NCBI GenBank assembly: GCA_963823035.1
Contig: CAWGKG010000012.1
Coordinates: forward strand, 64,001-128,000
Source: an uncultured Gemmatimonadales bacterium
Lineage (GTDB): Bacteria; Gemmatimonadota; Gemmatimonadetes; Longimicrobiales; Gaopeijiaceae
Length of the DNA: 64,000 nucleotides
Reading direction: 5' to 3'
Below, piece after piece: positions 10,779-22,078 of the stretch. Each line of letters begins with the position of its first letter. Positions within the stretch are counted from its first letter, which is position 1. Under the pieces are notes generated by a model. It worked only from the letters and a program-made list of their open reading frames with translations. It was not told the origin of the DNA and made no database searches. Made by a program: the position numbers and the translations under genes.

Positions 10779-11323
10779 CACGCCTCGACCCGACGTCGAC
10801 TCTGGTGCCGGCGACCCGCAAGGACGTCCAGCTGGTCCAGGCCCTGGCGCAGTTCTATGTCTACGACATCGCGCGCGCGGTGCTGCCGCAACTCGACGCG
10901 GACGAGGCGCGCGCCTGGGACCCGACGCGCGCGTGGCTCTACGACCCCGGCGACTGGTCGGGCTACTGGGACGACGGCAACCACCCCTTCCTGATCGAAG
11001 CGGATGGGCGGCTGGCGGGCTTCTGCCTCATCGACCACCGCGCCATCGTCGAAACGCTCGACTGGAACATGGGCCAGTTCTTCGTGCTCGCCACGTTCGC
11101 CGGGCAAGGCATCGGGCGCCGGGCCGCGTGCCTCGCTTTCGACCGCTTTCCGGGCCTGTGGCAGGTGACCCAGATTCCGGAGAACCTGCCGGCGATCGCC
11201 TTCTGGCGCCGGGTGATCGGCGACTACACCGGCGGGCGCTTCGAGGAGCGCAGCCGGCCCGACCCGCTGGAGGAGGGCGAGCCCCGGAACGTGATGATCT
11301 TCCGCACACCGGTCGAGGGCTGA
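10771..11323 (+). CDS. GNAT family acetyltransferase (one indel near the start)
   Basis: QFYVYD, PFLIEADGRLAGFCLI, MGQFFVLATFAGQGIGRRAA, WQVTQIPENLPAIAFWRRVI. Confidence 0.85.
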
Positions 11324-11341
11324 CCTCGCGCCGCGCCGCCG

Positions 11342-11652
11342 CTAAGGGCGGCGCCAGTCCACCGGGACGAGAGCGCAATCCATCGGATCGCCCTGTCCCA
11401 GGCCGGGGTCGCGGGTCGGGATCGCGACTTCGCCGGAGCGCACCCAGCAGCGCGCATCGTCGCCCGTCCAGCGGGTGGCGAACGCCCGGCGCCGGTGAAC
11501 GCCGCGGTTGGCCAGCGCACCGTGGACGACCATTGCCTGGAAGACGAAGCGGCGGAACGGCTCATGCCTTTTCCACAGATCGAGGTCGCCGAAGACGCGC
11601 CCTTCCCCTTCGCATGCTCCTCCGCATGGGGGCCGGGATGCGCCACCGCCAC
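11342..11652 (-). pseudogene. Phytanoyl-CoA dioxygenase (PhyH) family remnant with internal deletion
   Basis: N-terminal-like FGDLDLWKRHEPFRRFVF joined directly to C-terminal FQAMVVHGALAN..RRRAFATRWTGDDAR..IPTRDPGLGQGDPMDC; HxD core absent. Confidence 0.65.
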
Positions 11653-11663
11653 CTCAACCGCCT

Positions 11664-11817
11664 TAGACCAAGCTGCAATGAGCTGGACTCATAGCAGCTT
11701 GGTCAGCGCGCGACGGCGCGCCGCGGCTTATGCCGCGAGAGCCAAGCCCGCGGAGCGGGCGCCCGGCAATTGAGGGCGGCGCCGTTGATCGGTTTCGATC
11801 AATGGCGCCTGGTATTA
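11664..11817. repeat. Structured dispersed repeat (MITE/REP-like), copy 1
   Basis: Colinear with 57104-57274; two terminal hairpins. Confidence 0.9.
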
Positions 11818-11918
11818 CGCCGCAACTCGGTCCAGTCGAGCGGCATGACGCCCCGCAGGCAGACGATGCCGGCGGCCTCGTAGGTCGCGATATCCTTCTC
11901 GTTCGGCGCGCACCGTGC

Positions 11919-12344
11919 TCAGAACTCCGAGAGCGCCAGCATGTGTCGTGCAAGATAGGGATGCGCCGATACCACGGCGCCAAAGCGCTTGTCGGCCGTC
12001 ACGACCGGCCATTGCTCGCGCAAGGCCAGGGCAAGATAGAAGCAATCGTAGGCAGGATGCTGAAGGTCCGACGCCATGCGCGTTGCCGCGGCCATCAGGT
12101 CCTTCATCGGGCACGACACGTCGATCGGTGCGCGTCCGAGTGCGGACACCGCTTCCCTCACCTGTTCGTCCGAAAGCCGGCCGCGTGCCTGCAGCGTCCG
12201 AAGCGCATTGGCGACCTCGGCATAGATCAGTTGGGGCGCATGCAGTCGATGGTCGTCACTCAGGAGGATCGCAGCCTGGTCGGAGCCCTCCTCCCGCACC
12301 AGCCACTTCACCGCGACGCTTGCGTCGACGACAACGTCCTTCAC
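11919..12344 (-). CDS. vapC: VapC/PIN toxin
   Basis: VVVDASVAVKW, APQLIYAEVANAL, HPAYDCFYLALA, VVTADKRF. Confidence 0.93.
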   Translation of the reverse strand: MKDVVVDASVAVKWLVREEGSDQAAILLSDDHRLHAPQLIYAEVANALRTLQARGRLSDEQVREAVSALGRAPIDVSCPMKDLMAAATRMASDLQHPAYDCFYLALALREQWPVVTADKRFGAVVSAHPYLARHMLALSEF

Positions 12345-12586
12345 GGCGCGTGATCGCTGTCGCGGTCGGCGCGAATAATATCCGTGCTGTCGAGGTCCGA
12401 ATGGAGACGACTGCGCAGGTCCGCCGCTAGCGCGGCAAACCCCTTCATGTCGAGTTCATCCTCCAGCAGCGCCTCTCGGAGAATTTCACGCAACTCGGCC
12501 TCGGCCGAGTGGCCATGCTCGGCCGCCCGCTTCTTGAGGGCACGGACGATGCGATCATCGACATTACGCACGGTGAGCTGAGCCAT
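12341..12586 (-). CDS. FitA-like ribbon-helix-helix antitoxin
   Basis: MAQLTVRNVDDRIVRALKKRAAEHGHSAEAELREIL; 4-nt overlap with the toxin. Confidence 0.92.
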   Translation of the reverse strand: MAQLTVRNVDDRIVRALKKRAAEHGHSAEAELREILREALLEDELDMKGFAALAADLRSRLHSDLDSTDIIRADRDSDHAP

Positions 12587-12601
12587 ACCTGCCTACAGTC
12601 C

Positions 12602-12622
12602 GATGCCTTCATTGAAGGCATC
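12602..12622. promoter_or_regulatory. Probable TA autoregulatory operator
   Basis: Perfect inverted repeat GATGCCTTCA-T-TGAAGGCATC just upstream of the antitoxin start. Confidence 0.7.
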
Positions 12623-12658
12623 ATATGGTGGCAGCAACATGTTGGACAAGACCGGCGC

Positions 12659-14584
12659 TTACGTCTCCTTCGCGTATCCCAGCGGTTTCAGGGCGTCGGC
12701 GATCTCGCCCAGGATGGCGGGGTCGTCGATCGTGGCCGGCATGGCGTAGCTTTCGCCGTCGGCGATCTGGCGCATGGTGCTGCGCAGGATCTTGCCCGAG
12801 CGGGTCTTGGGCAGGCGCTCGACCACGGTCGCCGGCTTGAAGCTCGCGACCGGGCCGATCTCGTCGCGCACCATCTGGACGACCTCCTTGACGATCTCCT
12901 CGTCGCGGCCGGTTGACGCCCGCCTTCAGCACCATGAAGCCGACCGGGACCTGGCCCTTCAGCTGCGTCGGCGACGCCGATCACGGCGCACTCGGCGACG
13001 TCCTGGTGCTTGGACGAGCACCTCCTCCATGCCGCCGGTCGAGAGCCGATGGCCGGCGACATTGATGATGTCGTCGGTGCGGCCCATGACGTAGAGGTAG
13101 CCGTCCTCGTCGATATAGCCGGCATCGCCGGTTTTGTAGTAGCCGGGGAAGTCGGCCATGTAGCTGTCGATCGAAGCCGCTCGTCGTTGTGCCACAGCGT
13201 CGGCAGGCTGGCCGGGCGGCAGCGGCAGCTTGACGCAGATGGCGCCGATCTCGCCGGCCGGCAGCCGGCTTGCCCGTCCTCGTCCAGGATGTCGATGTCG
13301 TAGCCCGGCACCGGCTTGGTCGGCGAACCGTACTTGACCGGAAAGCGCCCCAGGCCCAGGCAGTTGGCCGCCATCGGCCAGCCGGTCTCGGTCTGCCACC
13401 AGTGGTCGATCACCGGCACGCTCCAGCATCCGCTCGGCCCATTGGATGGTATCGGGGTCGGCGCGCTCGCCGGCCAGGAACAGGGTGCCGAACGCTCGAG
13501 AGGTCGTAGTCGCCGATCAGCTCGCCCTCGGGATCGTCGCGCTTGATGGCGCGGAACGCGGTCGGCGCGGTGAACAGGGCCTTGACCCCGTGCTGCGGCG
13601 ATGACGCGCCAGAACACGCCGGCATCGGGCGTGCCGACCGGCTTGCCCTCGAAGATGATCGTCGAGCAGCCATGCAGCAGCGGCGCGTAGACGATGTAGC
13701 AGTGGCCGACGACCCAGCCGATGTCGCGAGCCGGCCCACCAGCCGTCGCCCGGATCGACGTCGTAGACGCGCCTTCATCGACCATTTGAGCGCCACCAGC
13801 GTGGCCGCCGTTGTCGCGCACCACGCCCTTCGGCTTGCCCGTGGTGCCCGAGGTATAGAGGATGTAGAGCGGGTCGGTCGCGGCGACGGACACGCAGTCG
13901 GCCGGCGCCGCCTTGGCCAGCCTCCTCGGCCCAGTCGAGGTCGCGGCCGGCGTTCGAGGTCCGCCGCTCTGTTCGTCGCGCTGCAGGACGATGACCGTCG
14001 CGGCTTGTGGCTGGCGATCTCGATGGCCTGCGTCCAGGATCGGCATGTAGGCGACGACGCGTCCGGGCTCGATGCCGCAGGACGCGGTCAGGATCAGCTT
14101 CGGCTCGGCGTCGTCGATGCGCTTGGCGACCTCGCTGGCGGCAAAGCCGCCGAACACCACGGAGTGGATCGCGCCGAGGCGCGCGCAGGCCAGCATGGCG
14201 ATCACCGCCTCGGGCACCGTCGGCATGTAGATCAGCACCCGGTCGCCCTTGGCGACGCCGTTGGCCTTGCAGCAGCCCCGGCGAAGCGCGCCACCGCGTC
14301 CTTCAGCTCGGCGAAGGTGAGGGTCCGGATGGCGCCGGTGATCGGGCTGTCGTAGATCAGCGCCGCCTGGCCGCCCCGTGCCCGCCTCGACATGGCGGTC
14401 GACGGCGTTGTAGCAGGTGTTGCGTCTCGGCCCCGGTGAACCAGCGGTAGAACGGCGGGTTGTCGAGTCGTCGAGCACCCTGTCCCAGCGTCTTGGTCCA
14501 GTCGATCGCCTCGGCGAGCTCGCCCCAGAACCCTTCCGGGTCCTCGATCGAACGGCGATAGGCTTCGTCATACGCCCGGGTCAT
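12659..14584 (-). CDS. prpE: Propionyl-CoA synthetase (frameshifted)
   Basis: SIEDPEGFW, ACARLGAIHSVVFGGFA, DPLYILYTSGTTGKPKGVVRDNGGH, PVIDHWWQTETGW, LPKTRSGKILR..PATIDDP. Confidence 0.92.
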
Positions 14585-14804
14585 CGGCGCCTGCCTTTCC
14601 ACATCCGTCGCGGCCCGGGCTTACCGGACCAACCTTGCCGATGGCCGCGCCATCGGATCCGTGGCGTCGACCTTGCTGGCAGAGATCGATACAGCATGGG
14701 CCGCCCGGTCAAGCCGCAGGGTCGCGGGCCAGGGTGCGACGCCAGGCCATTGCACATTGCGCCCGTGTATCGGCAAACGATCGATGCCGCCAGGGAGGAC
14801 GTTC

Positions 14805-16454
14805 ATGGACTCGACCTACGACCACGCATCTGGAGCGCAACGCGGCCAACTATGTGCCGCTGTCGCCGCTGTCGCTTCCTGCCCCGCACCGCCGCGGTCT
14901 ATCCCGACCGCACCGGCCTATGTCCACGGCGCGCTCAGCCGCTCCTACCGGGACTACTTACGCGCGCTGCCGCCGGCTTGCCTCGGCGCTGCAGGCGCGC
15001 GGCATCGGCAAGGGCGACACGGTCGCGATCATGGCGGCCAACATCCCGGCCTTCCTGGAGGCCCATTTCGGCGTGCCGGCCATGCGGCGCGGTGCTCAAC
15101 TCGCTCAACATCCGGCTCGACGCAGCGGCCATCGCCTTCATCCTGGACCATGCCGAGGCCAAGGTGCTGCTGACCGACACGCGCGTTTTCCGCCGTCGTC
15201 AAGGACGGCGCTCGCGCTGGCCAAGGCCGAAACCCCTGGTGATCGACATCGACGATCCCGAGAACGCGGCGGGCGGCGAGCGGCTGGCGAGATCGAGTAC
15301 GAGGAGTTCCTCGCCGAGGGCGATCCGGAGGCCCGCTGGGAGCTGCCCGCCGACGAGTGGGACGCGATCAGCCTGAACTACACCTCCGGCACCACCGGCA
15401 ATCCCAAGGGCGTCGTCTATCACCACCGCGGCGCCTACCTGAACGCGCATCGGCAACGTGCTCGCCTGGGCCATGCCGCCGCATCCGGTCTACCTGTGGA
15501 CCCTGCCCATGTTCCACTGCAACGGCTGGTGCTTCCCCTGGACCATCGCCGCTGGTCGCCGGCACCCACGTCTGCCTGCGCCAGGTCGCGGCCGGGCCGA
15601 TCTTCGACGCCATCGCCGACGCACGGCGTCACCCACCTGTGCGGCGCGCCGATCGTGCTCAACATGCTGATCAACGCCAAGGCCGACGAGCGCCGGAGCT
15701 TCGACCATCCGGTCAAGGTGATGACGGCGGCCGCGCCGCCGCCGGCCGCCGTGCTCGCCCGCATGGAGGCGATGGGCTTCGACGTCACCCACGTCTACGG
15801 CCTGACCGAGACCTACGGGCCGGCGGTGGTGTGCGCCTGGCACGGCGCCTGGGACGAGCTGACGCTCGACGAGCAGGCCGACCTGAAGGCGCGCCAGGGC
15901 GTGCGCCTATCCGGTGCTCGAGGGGCTCACCGTCGGCCGACCCGGAGACCTGCGAGCCGGTGCCCGCCGACGGCGAGACCATCGGCGAGGTCCTGTTCCG
16001 CGGCAACATCGTCATGAAGGGCTACCTGAAGAACCCGAAGGCGACCGACGAGGCCTTCGCCGGCGGCTGGTTCCACTCCGGCGACCTGGGCGTCATGCAC
16101 CCGGACGGCTACATCGAGCTGAAGGACCGCGCCAAGGACATCATCATCTCCGGCGGCGAGAACATCTCGACCATGGAGGTCGAGAGCGTGCTCTACCGCC
16201 ACCCCAAGGTGCTGGAGGCCGCCGTGGTCGCGCGCCCGGACGAGCAAGTGGGGCGAGACGCCCTGCGCCTTCGTCACCCTGAAGGACGGCGCGACCGCGA
16301 CGGACCGAGGAGATCATCGCCTTCTGCCGCGACAACATGGCCCACTTCAAGGCGCCCAGGCCGTCGTCTTCGGCGCCCTGCCCAAGACCTCGACCGGCAA
16401 GGTGCAGAAGTACGTCCTGGTGACCAGGCCGCGGCGCTCAACGAGGGCGATTGA
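14805..16454 (+). CDS. Acyl-CoA synthetase, AAE/DmdB-related family (frameshifted)
   Basis: [73 protein letters not shown]. Confidence 0.9.
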
Positions 16455-16531
16455 ACGGCGGGCGACGCAGGCCGGGGTTGCCAGCAAGCGCCGCTGCGTC
16501 TAATCGAGTGGCGCCCGCGGGGACCCCGTCC

Positions 16532-18012
16532 ATGACCGACAGCACCGACCTGACCACCGCCCTGGAGCGCCTGCCCGGCGCCAGCATCATGGTGCATCGG
16601 CGACCTGATGCTCGACCGCTTCGTCTATGGCGAGGTCGAGCGCATCTCGCCGGAGGCGCCGATGCCGGTGCTGCGCGTCGGCAGCGAGGAGGCCATGCTG
16701 GGCGGCGCCGGCAATGTGGTGCGCAACCTGGTGGCGCTCGGGCCGGTGCCTGCTTCGTCAGCCGTGGTCGGCGACGACCAGACCGGCCGCGACCTGATCG
16801 CCATGGTCGGCCGAGGAGCAGAACATCGAGCCCTACCTGCTGGTCGAGCGCGGCCGCCGCTCCACGATCAAGGTGCGCTATGTCGCCGGCAGCCAGCAGT
16901 TGCTGCGCACCGACCGCGAGACCGAGCGGCCGGTCGACCAGGCGACCCGCGAGCGCATCGTCGATATCGTCGCCAGCGGGCTCGACGGCATCGACGCCCT
17001 GATCCTCTCCGATTACGCCAAGGGCGTGCTGAGCCGGAGCGTTGTCGAGGCCGTCATCGGGGCCGCGCGCGACGCCGGCGTGCCCGTGGTGGTCGATCCC
17101 AAGGGCGCGCGATTTCGCGCGCTATCGCGGCGCCACGGTGCTGACGCCGAACCGCGCGCGAACTGGCCGTAGCCACCCGCATGATGGCCGAGACCGACGA
17201 CGGAGGTGGTCGGGCCGCCGCCCAGCGCGCGATCGGCGAATGCGGCTGCCGAGGCGATCCTGGTGACGCGCGGCGGCGACGGCATGTCGCTGGTCGCCGC
17301 CGACGGCAGCGGTCGAGTCATCTCGGAGGCCGAGGCGCGCGAGGTGTTCGACGTCTCCGGCGCCGGCGACACGGTCGTCGCGACCTTCGCCGCCGCGCTC
17401 GGCGCGCGGCCTCTCCGCCGCCGATGCGGCGCGGCTGGCCAACTTCGCCGGCGGCATCGTGGTCGGCAAGACCGGCACCGCCGTCGTCATATCCGACGAT
17501 CTGGGCCGCGCCATGCGCGAGCAGCGGCTGCAACGCCAACGAGGACAAGATCCACGCGCCCGGCGTCGCTGCTGGACCAGGCCGAGCGCTGGCGCGGCCA
17601 GGGCCGGCAGGTCGGCTTCACCAACGGCTGCTTCGACCTGCTGCACCCTGGCCACGTCTCGCTGCTGCGCCAGGCGCGCGCACGCTGCGACCGGCTGGTG
17701 GTCGGCCTCAACAGCGACGCCTCGGTCGGCCGCGCTGAAGGGCGCGAGCCGGCCGCATGCAGGACGAGAATCGCGCGCGCGCAGGTGCTCGCCTCGCTGG
17801 CCGACGTCGACGCGGTGGTGATCTTCGACGAGGACACGCCGCTCGGCCTGATCGAGCGGCTGCGGCCTGACGTGCTGGTCAAGGGCGCCGACTACACCGA
17901 GGAACAGGTGGTCGGCGCGGAGGTAGTACAGGCGTATGGCGGCGAGGTCGTTCTCGCCGAACTGGCGGACGGCCACAGCACCACCGCAACGATTTCGCGG
18001 CTCGCGACGTGA
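16532..18012 (+). CDS. hldE: Bifunctional heptose-7-phosphate kinase / heptose-1-phosphate adenylyltransferase (frameshifted)
   Basis: [67 protein letters not shown]. Confidence 0.93.
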
Positions 18013-18066
18013 CGGCGTGCTGGCCGTCGGGACCTCGATCGCGGGCCGCTCGCGCGGCCCGGCGGG

Positions 18067-18246
18067 TCAGTTCACGTGAAGTTCGCCCGACATCAGGGCC
18101 ATCTCTTCCTTGACTTTGAGTTTCTCACGCTTGAGTTCGGTGAGGTGTGCTTGATCGGGCATGGGCCGATGATTCTCGTCGTCGATCTGCTGCTCGAGCG
18201 CAGCGTGATGAGCTTCGAGACCTGCCAAATCAGCGTGTTGGGCCAT
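18067..18246 (-). CDS. YdcH/DUF465 small coiled-coil protein (59 aa, not in the ORF track)
   Basis: MAQHADLAGLEAHHAALEQQIDDENHRPMPDQAHLTELKREKLKVKEEM; GGAGG RBS upstream. Confidence 0.85.
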   Translation of the reverse strand: MAQHADLAGLEAHHAALEQQIDDENHRPMPDQAHLTELKREKLKVKEEMALMSGELHVN

Positions 18247-18361
18247 TCTATGCCTCCGGATTATGGTTCACCCTCCGCGAGCCAGGGGTCCACGGTGATC
18301 CGTCGGCGTAACGCCGGCGAAGCCCGGCTCGACAATTTCAATATAGGGAGGTCCGGCGGCC

Positions 18362-18949
18362 ATGACGACCCCTGACAGGCTGATTGTCGGAATCAGCGGT
18401 GCATCGGGCGTGATCTATGGGGTGCGCCTGCTCGAGGCGCTGAAGCCGCTGGCGATCGAGACCCACCTCGTCATGACCAGGACCGCCGACCTGACGCTGG
18501 CCTACGAGACCGACCGCAAGCCGGCCGACGTGCGGGCGCTGGCCGATGTCGTTTACCCGATCGGCGATCTCGGCGCGGCACCGTCGAGCGGCTCGTTCCG
18601 CACGCTGGGCATGGTCGTGGCGCCCTGCTCGATCCGCAGCATGTCGGAGATCGCCACCGGCGTGACCTCGAACCTGCTGACCCGCGCCGCCGACGTCACC
18701 CTGAAGGAGCGCCGGCGCCTTGTCCTGATGGTGCGCGAGACCCCGCTCCACACCGGCCACCTCGAGACCATGCTGGCGCTCTCGGAGATGGGCGCGGTGA
18801 TCGCCCCGCCCGTGCCCGCCTTCTACGCCCGGCCGGAAAATCTGGACGCGATGGTCGACCAGAGCGTGGGACGCATCCTCGATCTGTTCCAGATCGATAC
18901 GGACCTTGTCCAACGGTGGGACAGGCTGCGCCAGAAAGACGACGGCTAG
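18362..18949 (+). CDS. ubiX: Flavin prenyltransferase UbiX
   Basis: IVGISGASG, SSGSF..GMVVAPCS, RAADVTLKERRRLVLMVRETP, PPVPAFY. Confidence 0.95.
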   Translation: MTTPDRLIVGISGASGVIYGVRLLEALKPLAIETHLVMTRTADLTLAYETDRKPADVRALADVVYPIGDLGAAPSSGSFRTLGMVVAPCSIRSMSEIATGVTSNLLTRAADVTLKERRRLVLMVRETPLHTGHLETMLALSEMGAVIAPPVPAFYARPENLDAMVDQSVGRILDLFQIDTDLVQRWDRLRQKDDG

Positions 18950-18961
18950 ATCGGATCGCAA

Positions 18962-19501
18962 TCAGCTCCCGGACAGGGCCGCGGCGGCCTCGTCGGGAGC
19001 CGTTCCAGGACAGGCGGCGACAATCAGGAGATGCAGGGCCTCGCGGTCGCGCTCGGCGAGCGGTGCGGGATTGAGCGCCATGACCGCGGCCAGGTTGGTC
19101 GCGACGACGGCCGGATCGGCTGCCCCCTGCTCACGGCCCGCCGCCTGCGGCGTGGCCTGCTCCAGGGTCGCCTGCTCGATCCGCTCGCCCTCGATTTCCA
19201 GCTTCAGCACCTGGCGGCGCAGGCCGTCGGCCTCATCGGACGGAACATGGGCGACACCGGCCTTCAGGGCCGTGCGCACGGCGCGCAGGGGCTCGATCGC
19301 GGCCGCGCGCCAAGGGTCGGCCATCGCGGCCAACTCCGCCGCCCTGGCGACATCGAAGGCCGGCAGGCCCAGTCCAGCGGTCCACATGGCGTAGAGCAGC
19401 AGGTTGACATCGGCACCGCGGGCATCCTGCAGGTGGATGACCGACGATTGCACGCCGTCGCGGCCGTAGACGTCGAGGGTGAAGGTCCAGAAGGCTGACA
19501 T
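18962..19501 (-). CDS. TIGR02444 / DUF2390 family protein
   Basis: FWTFTLDVYGRDGV..LQDARGADVNLLLYAMW..PLRAVR..ELEIEGER-like C-terminal helix. Confidence 0.8.
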   Translation of the reverse strand: MSAFWTFTLDVYGRDGVQSSVIHLQDARGADVNLLLYAMWTAGLGLPAFDVARAAELAAMADPWRAAAIEPLRAVRTALKAGVAHVPSDEADGLRRQVLKLEIEGERIEQATLEQATPQAAGREQGAADPAVVATNLAAVMALNPAPLAERDREALHLLIVAACPGTAPDEAAAALSGS

Positions 19502-19536
19502 GCTCGGGCTCCCGTCGCGGTGGACGGCGCGCAAGC

Positions 19537-20274
19537 TCAAGCGGCGTTGCCGCGCCTCTTTTGCACGTACATCGCCTTGTCCGCCTTGGCCAGCGCGCTG
19601 GTCGCGTCGTCCTCGGGATGGAAGGCGTGGACGCCGAAGGAGACCGAGACGAAGATGTACTCGCCATCGATCACGATCGGCTTGCCCTCCGAGGTGATCG
19701 GCGTCGCGCCGATCTCCTGGGCCAGGCGGGTTGCCTTGCCGATCGCGCCCTCGCGGTCCGAATTGGGCATGATCAGGCCGAATTCGTCGCCGCCCAGGCG
19801 CCCGATCAGGTCGGAATTCCTCACCCGTTTCAGCAGGATCGTCGCGACGTGCAGCAGGGCTGCGTCGCCGATCGCGTGACCGTAGCGGTCATTGATCTGC
19901 TTCATCTTGTTGAGATCGAAGTAGACGACGCTGCTTTCGATCTTGTGGCGCGAGGAATAGGCGATCGTGCGGCCCAGTTCGCGCATGAAGGCACGGCGGT
20001 TTGCAACCGGCGCGAGAGCATCCTGGTCGGCCAGCCGCTCCAGATACTCGATGCGCGAGCGCGTCTCGCCGAGCTCGATGCGCAGGCGCTCCAACTCGTC
20101 GAGCAGGCGGATGATGGCCGTGCGCACCCGCGGCGTCATCTCCTCGGGTGGGATTCCGATGGCGCGCGACATTTCGTCGGCCGTCGCATCCAGTCGCGAC
20201 GGCTCCACGGCGCTGACGCCGTGCGCCATCGCCGTCTCACCCGTTGCGAGGAAATCGTTCTCAGCCACGCTCAT
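19537..20274 (-). CDS. Cytoplasmic GGDEF diguanylate cyclase
   Basis: Coiled coil, then [18 protein letters not shown] and RNSD(I-site)[10 protein letters not shown]; start uncertain. Confidence 0.9.
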   Translation of the reverse strand: MSVAENDFLATGETAMAHGVSAVEPSRLDATADEMSRAIGIPPEEMTPRVRTAIIRLLDELERLRIELGETRSRIEYLERLADQDALAPVANRRAFMRELGRTIAYSSRHKIESSVVYFDLNKMKQINDRYGHAIGDAALLHVATILLKRVRNSDLIGRLGGDEFGLIMPNSDREGAIGKATRLAQEIGATPITSEGKPIVIDGEYIFVSVSFGVHAFHPEDDATSALAKADKAMYVQKRRGNAA

Positions 20275-20492
20275 GCTTCTCCGTGTACCCATGCCCGCTC
20301 GATCTGGCTGCGGCGACCGACGTCGCCTTGTCCGGGCCATTGCAATTGCCCAGGAGACAAGCAAGCCACGTGCCATGGGCGGTGGATAAGCGGGCTCTGC
20401 CTCTGCGGCGCGGCCCGCACCAGCGCGCGCTTGAGCTTCGTGCCGCGAAACACCATGATGGCCGCCTTTTTTCGCACCTGCGGGAGCACGCG

Positions 20493-20990
20493 ATGTCCTC
20501 ACCTGTGGTCGGCGTCATCATGGGCAGCCAGTCCGACTGGGAAACCATGCGCCATGCCGCCGAGACCCTGGAGGCGCTGGGCGTCGCCCACGAGGTCCGC
20601 ATCGTCTCGGCGCACCGCACGCCCGACCGCATGATCGCCTATGCCGAAGCGGCCCGCGGGCGCGGCCTGCAGGTCGATCATCGCCGGTGCCGGCGGCGCC
20701 GCGCACCTGCCCGGCATGACCGCGGCCAAGACGCCGCTGCCGGTGCTCGGCGTGCCGATCGAGAGCCAGGCGCTGAAGGGCATGGACAGCCTGATGTCGA
20801 TCGTCCAGATGCCGGCCGGCATCCCGGTCGGCACGCTGGCGATCGGACGCGCCGGCGCGGTCAACGCCGCCCTGCTGGCCGCCGCCATCGTGGCGCTCGA
20901 CGACACGGCCGTGGCGGCGGCGCTCGACGCCTTCCGCGCTCGCCAGACCGAGGGCGTCGCCGAAGCGCCCGTCGATCGCCGCCTGAGCCC
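20493..20990 (+). CDS. purE: N5-CAIR mutase PurE (frameshifted)
   Basis: [50 protein letters not shown]. Confidence 0.96.
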
Positions 20991-22078
20991 GTGGCCCAGG
21001 ACGCACGTATCGTCGCGCCGGGCGGCACCATCGGCATCGTCGGCGGCGGCCAGCTCGGCCGCATGACGGCGCTGGCGGCGGCCGCGCTGGGCTATCGCTG
21101 CCACATCTTCTGCCCCGAGGCGGACAGCCCCGCGGCGCAGGTCGCCGCGGCGGCGACCGTCGCGCCCTACGAGGACGACCGACGCGCTGGACCGCTTCGC
21201 GCAGGCTGTGGACGTCGTCACCTACGAGTTCGAGAACCTGCCGACCGCCTCCTTCGCCCGCATGGGTGCGGTCGTGCCCGTGCGGCCTCACTGGCGCTGC
21301 CTGGAGACGACCCAGCATCGGGTCACGGAAAAGGACTTCGTCAACGGCCAGGGCATCCCCACCACGCCCTATCGGCGTGTCGGCGGGCCGCAGGAGCTGG
21401 CCGCGGCGCTCGCCGCACTGGGCCGCCCCGCGGTGCTCAAGACCACGCGCCTGGGCTACGACGGCAAGGGCCAGGTCATGATCGGCCCGGACGACGATCC
21501 GACTGCCGCCTGGGCCGCCATGAACGGCCCCGAGGGCATCCTGGAGGGCTTCGTCGCCTTCGAGCGCGAGGTCTCCGCGATCGTCGCCCGCGGGCTGGAC
21601 GGCGCTACCGCCGCCTTCGACGTGGTCGAGAACGTCCACCGCAACCACATCCTTGCAGAGACCCTGGCGCCGGCTCCGATCGGATCCGACGTCGCGGCCC
21701 GGGCGAAGGAAATTTCCCAGCAACTGGCCGATGCCCTTGACCTCGTCGGCCTGCTCGCGGTCGAGATGTTCCTGACCGCCGACGGCGAACTGCTGGTCAA
21801 CGAGCTCGCCGCCCGGCCCCACAACTCGGGCCACTGGACGATCGACGCCTGCGTCAGCAGCCAGTTCGAGCAGTTCGTCCGCGCGGTCTGCCGGGCTGCC
21901 CCTGGGCGATCCCGCGCGCCACAGCGATGCCGTGATGAAGAACCTGCTGGGCGACGCCATCACAGCCTGGCCCCGGATCCTCGCCGAGCCTTGCGCCAAG
22001 CTCCATCTCTACGGCAAGGCCCAGGCCCGGCCCGGCCGCAAGATGGGTCACGTCACGCGGCTGTTCCCGAAGAGCTGA
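20991..22078 (+). CDS. purK: N5-CAIR synthetase PurK (frameshifted)
   Basis: [58 protein letters not shown]. Confidence 0.96.

Noticed and set aside
18076..18375. 99-aa plus-strand ORF
   Set aside because: Antisense shadow of the YdcH/DUF465 gene.
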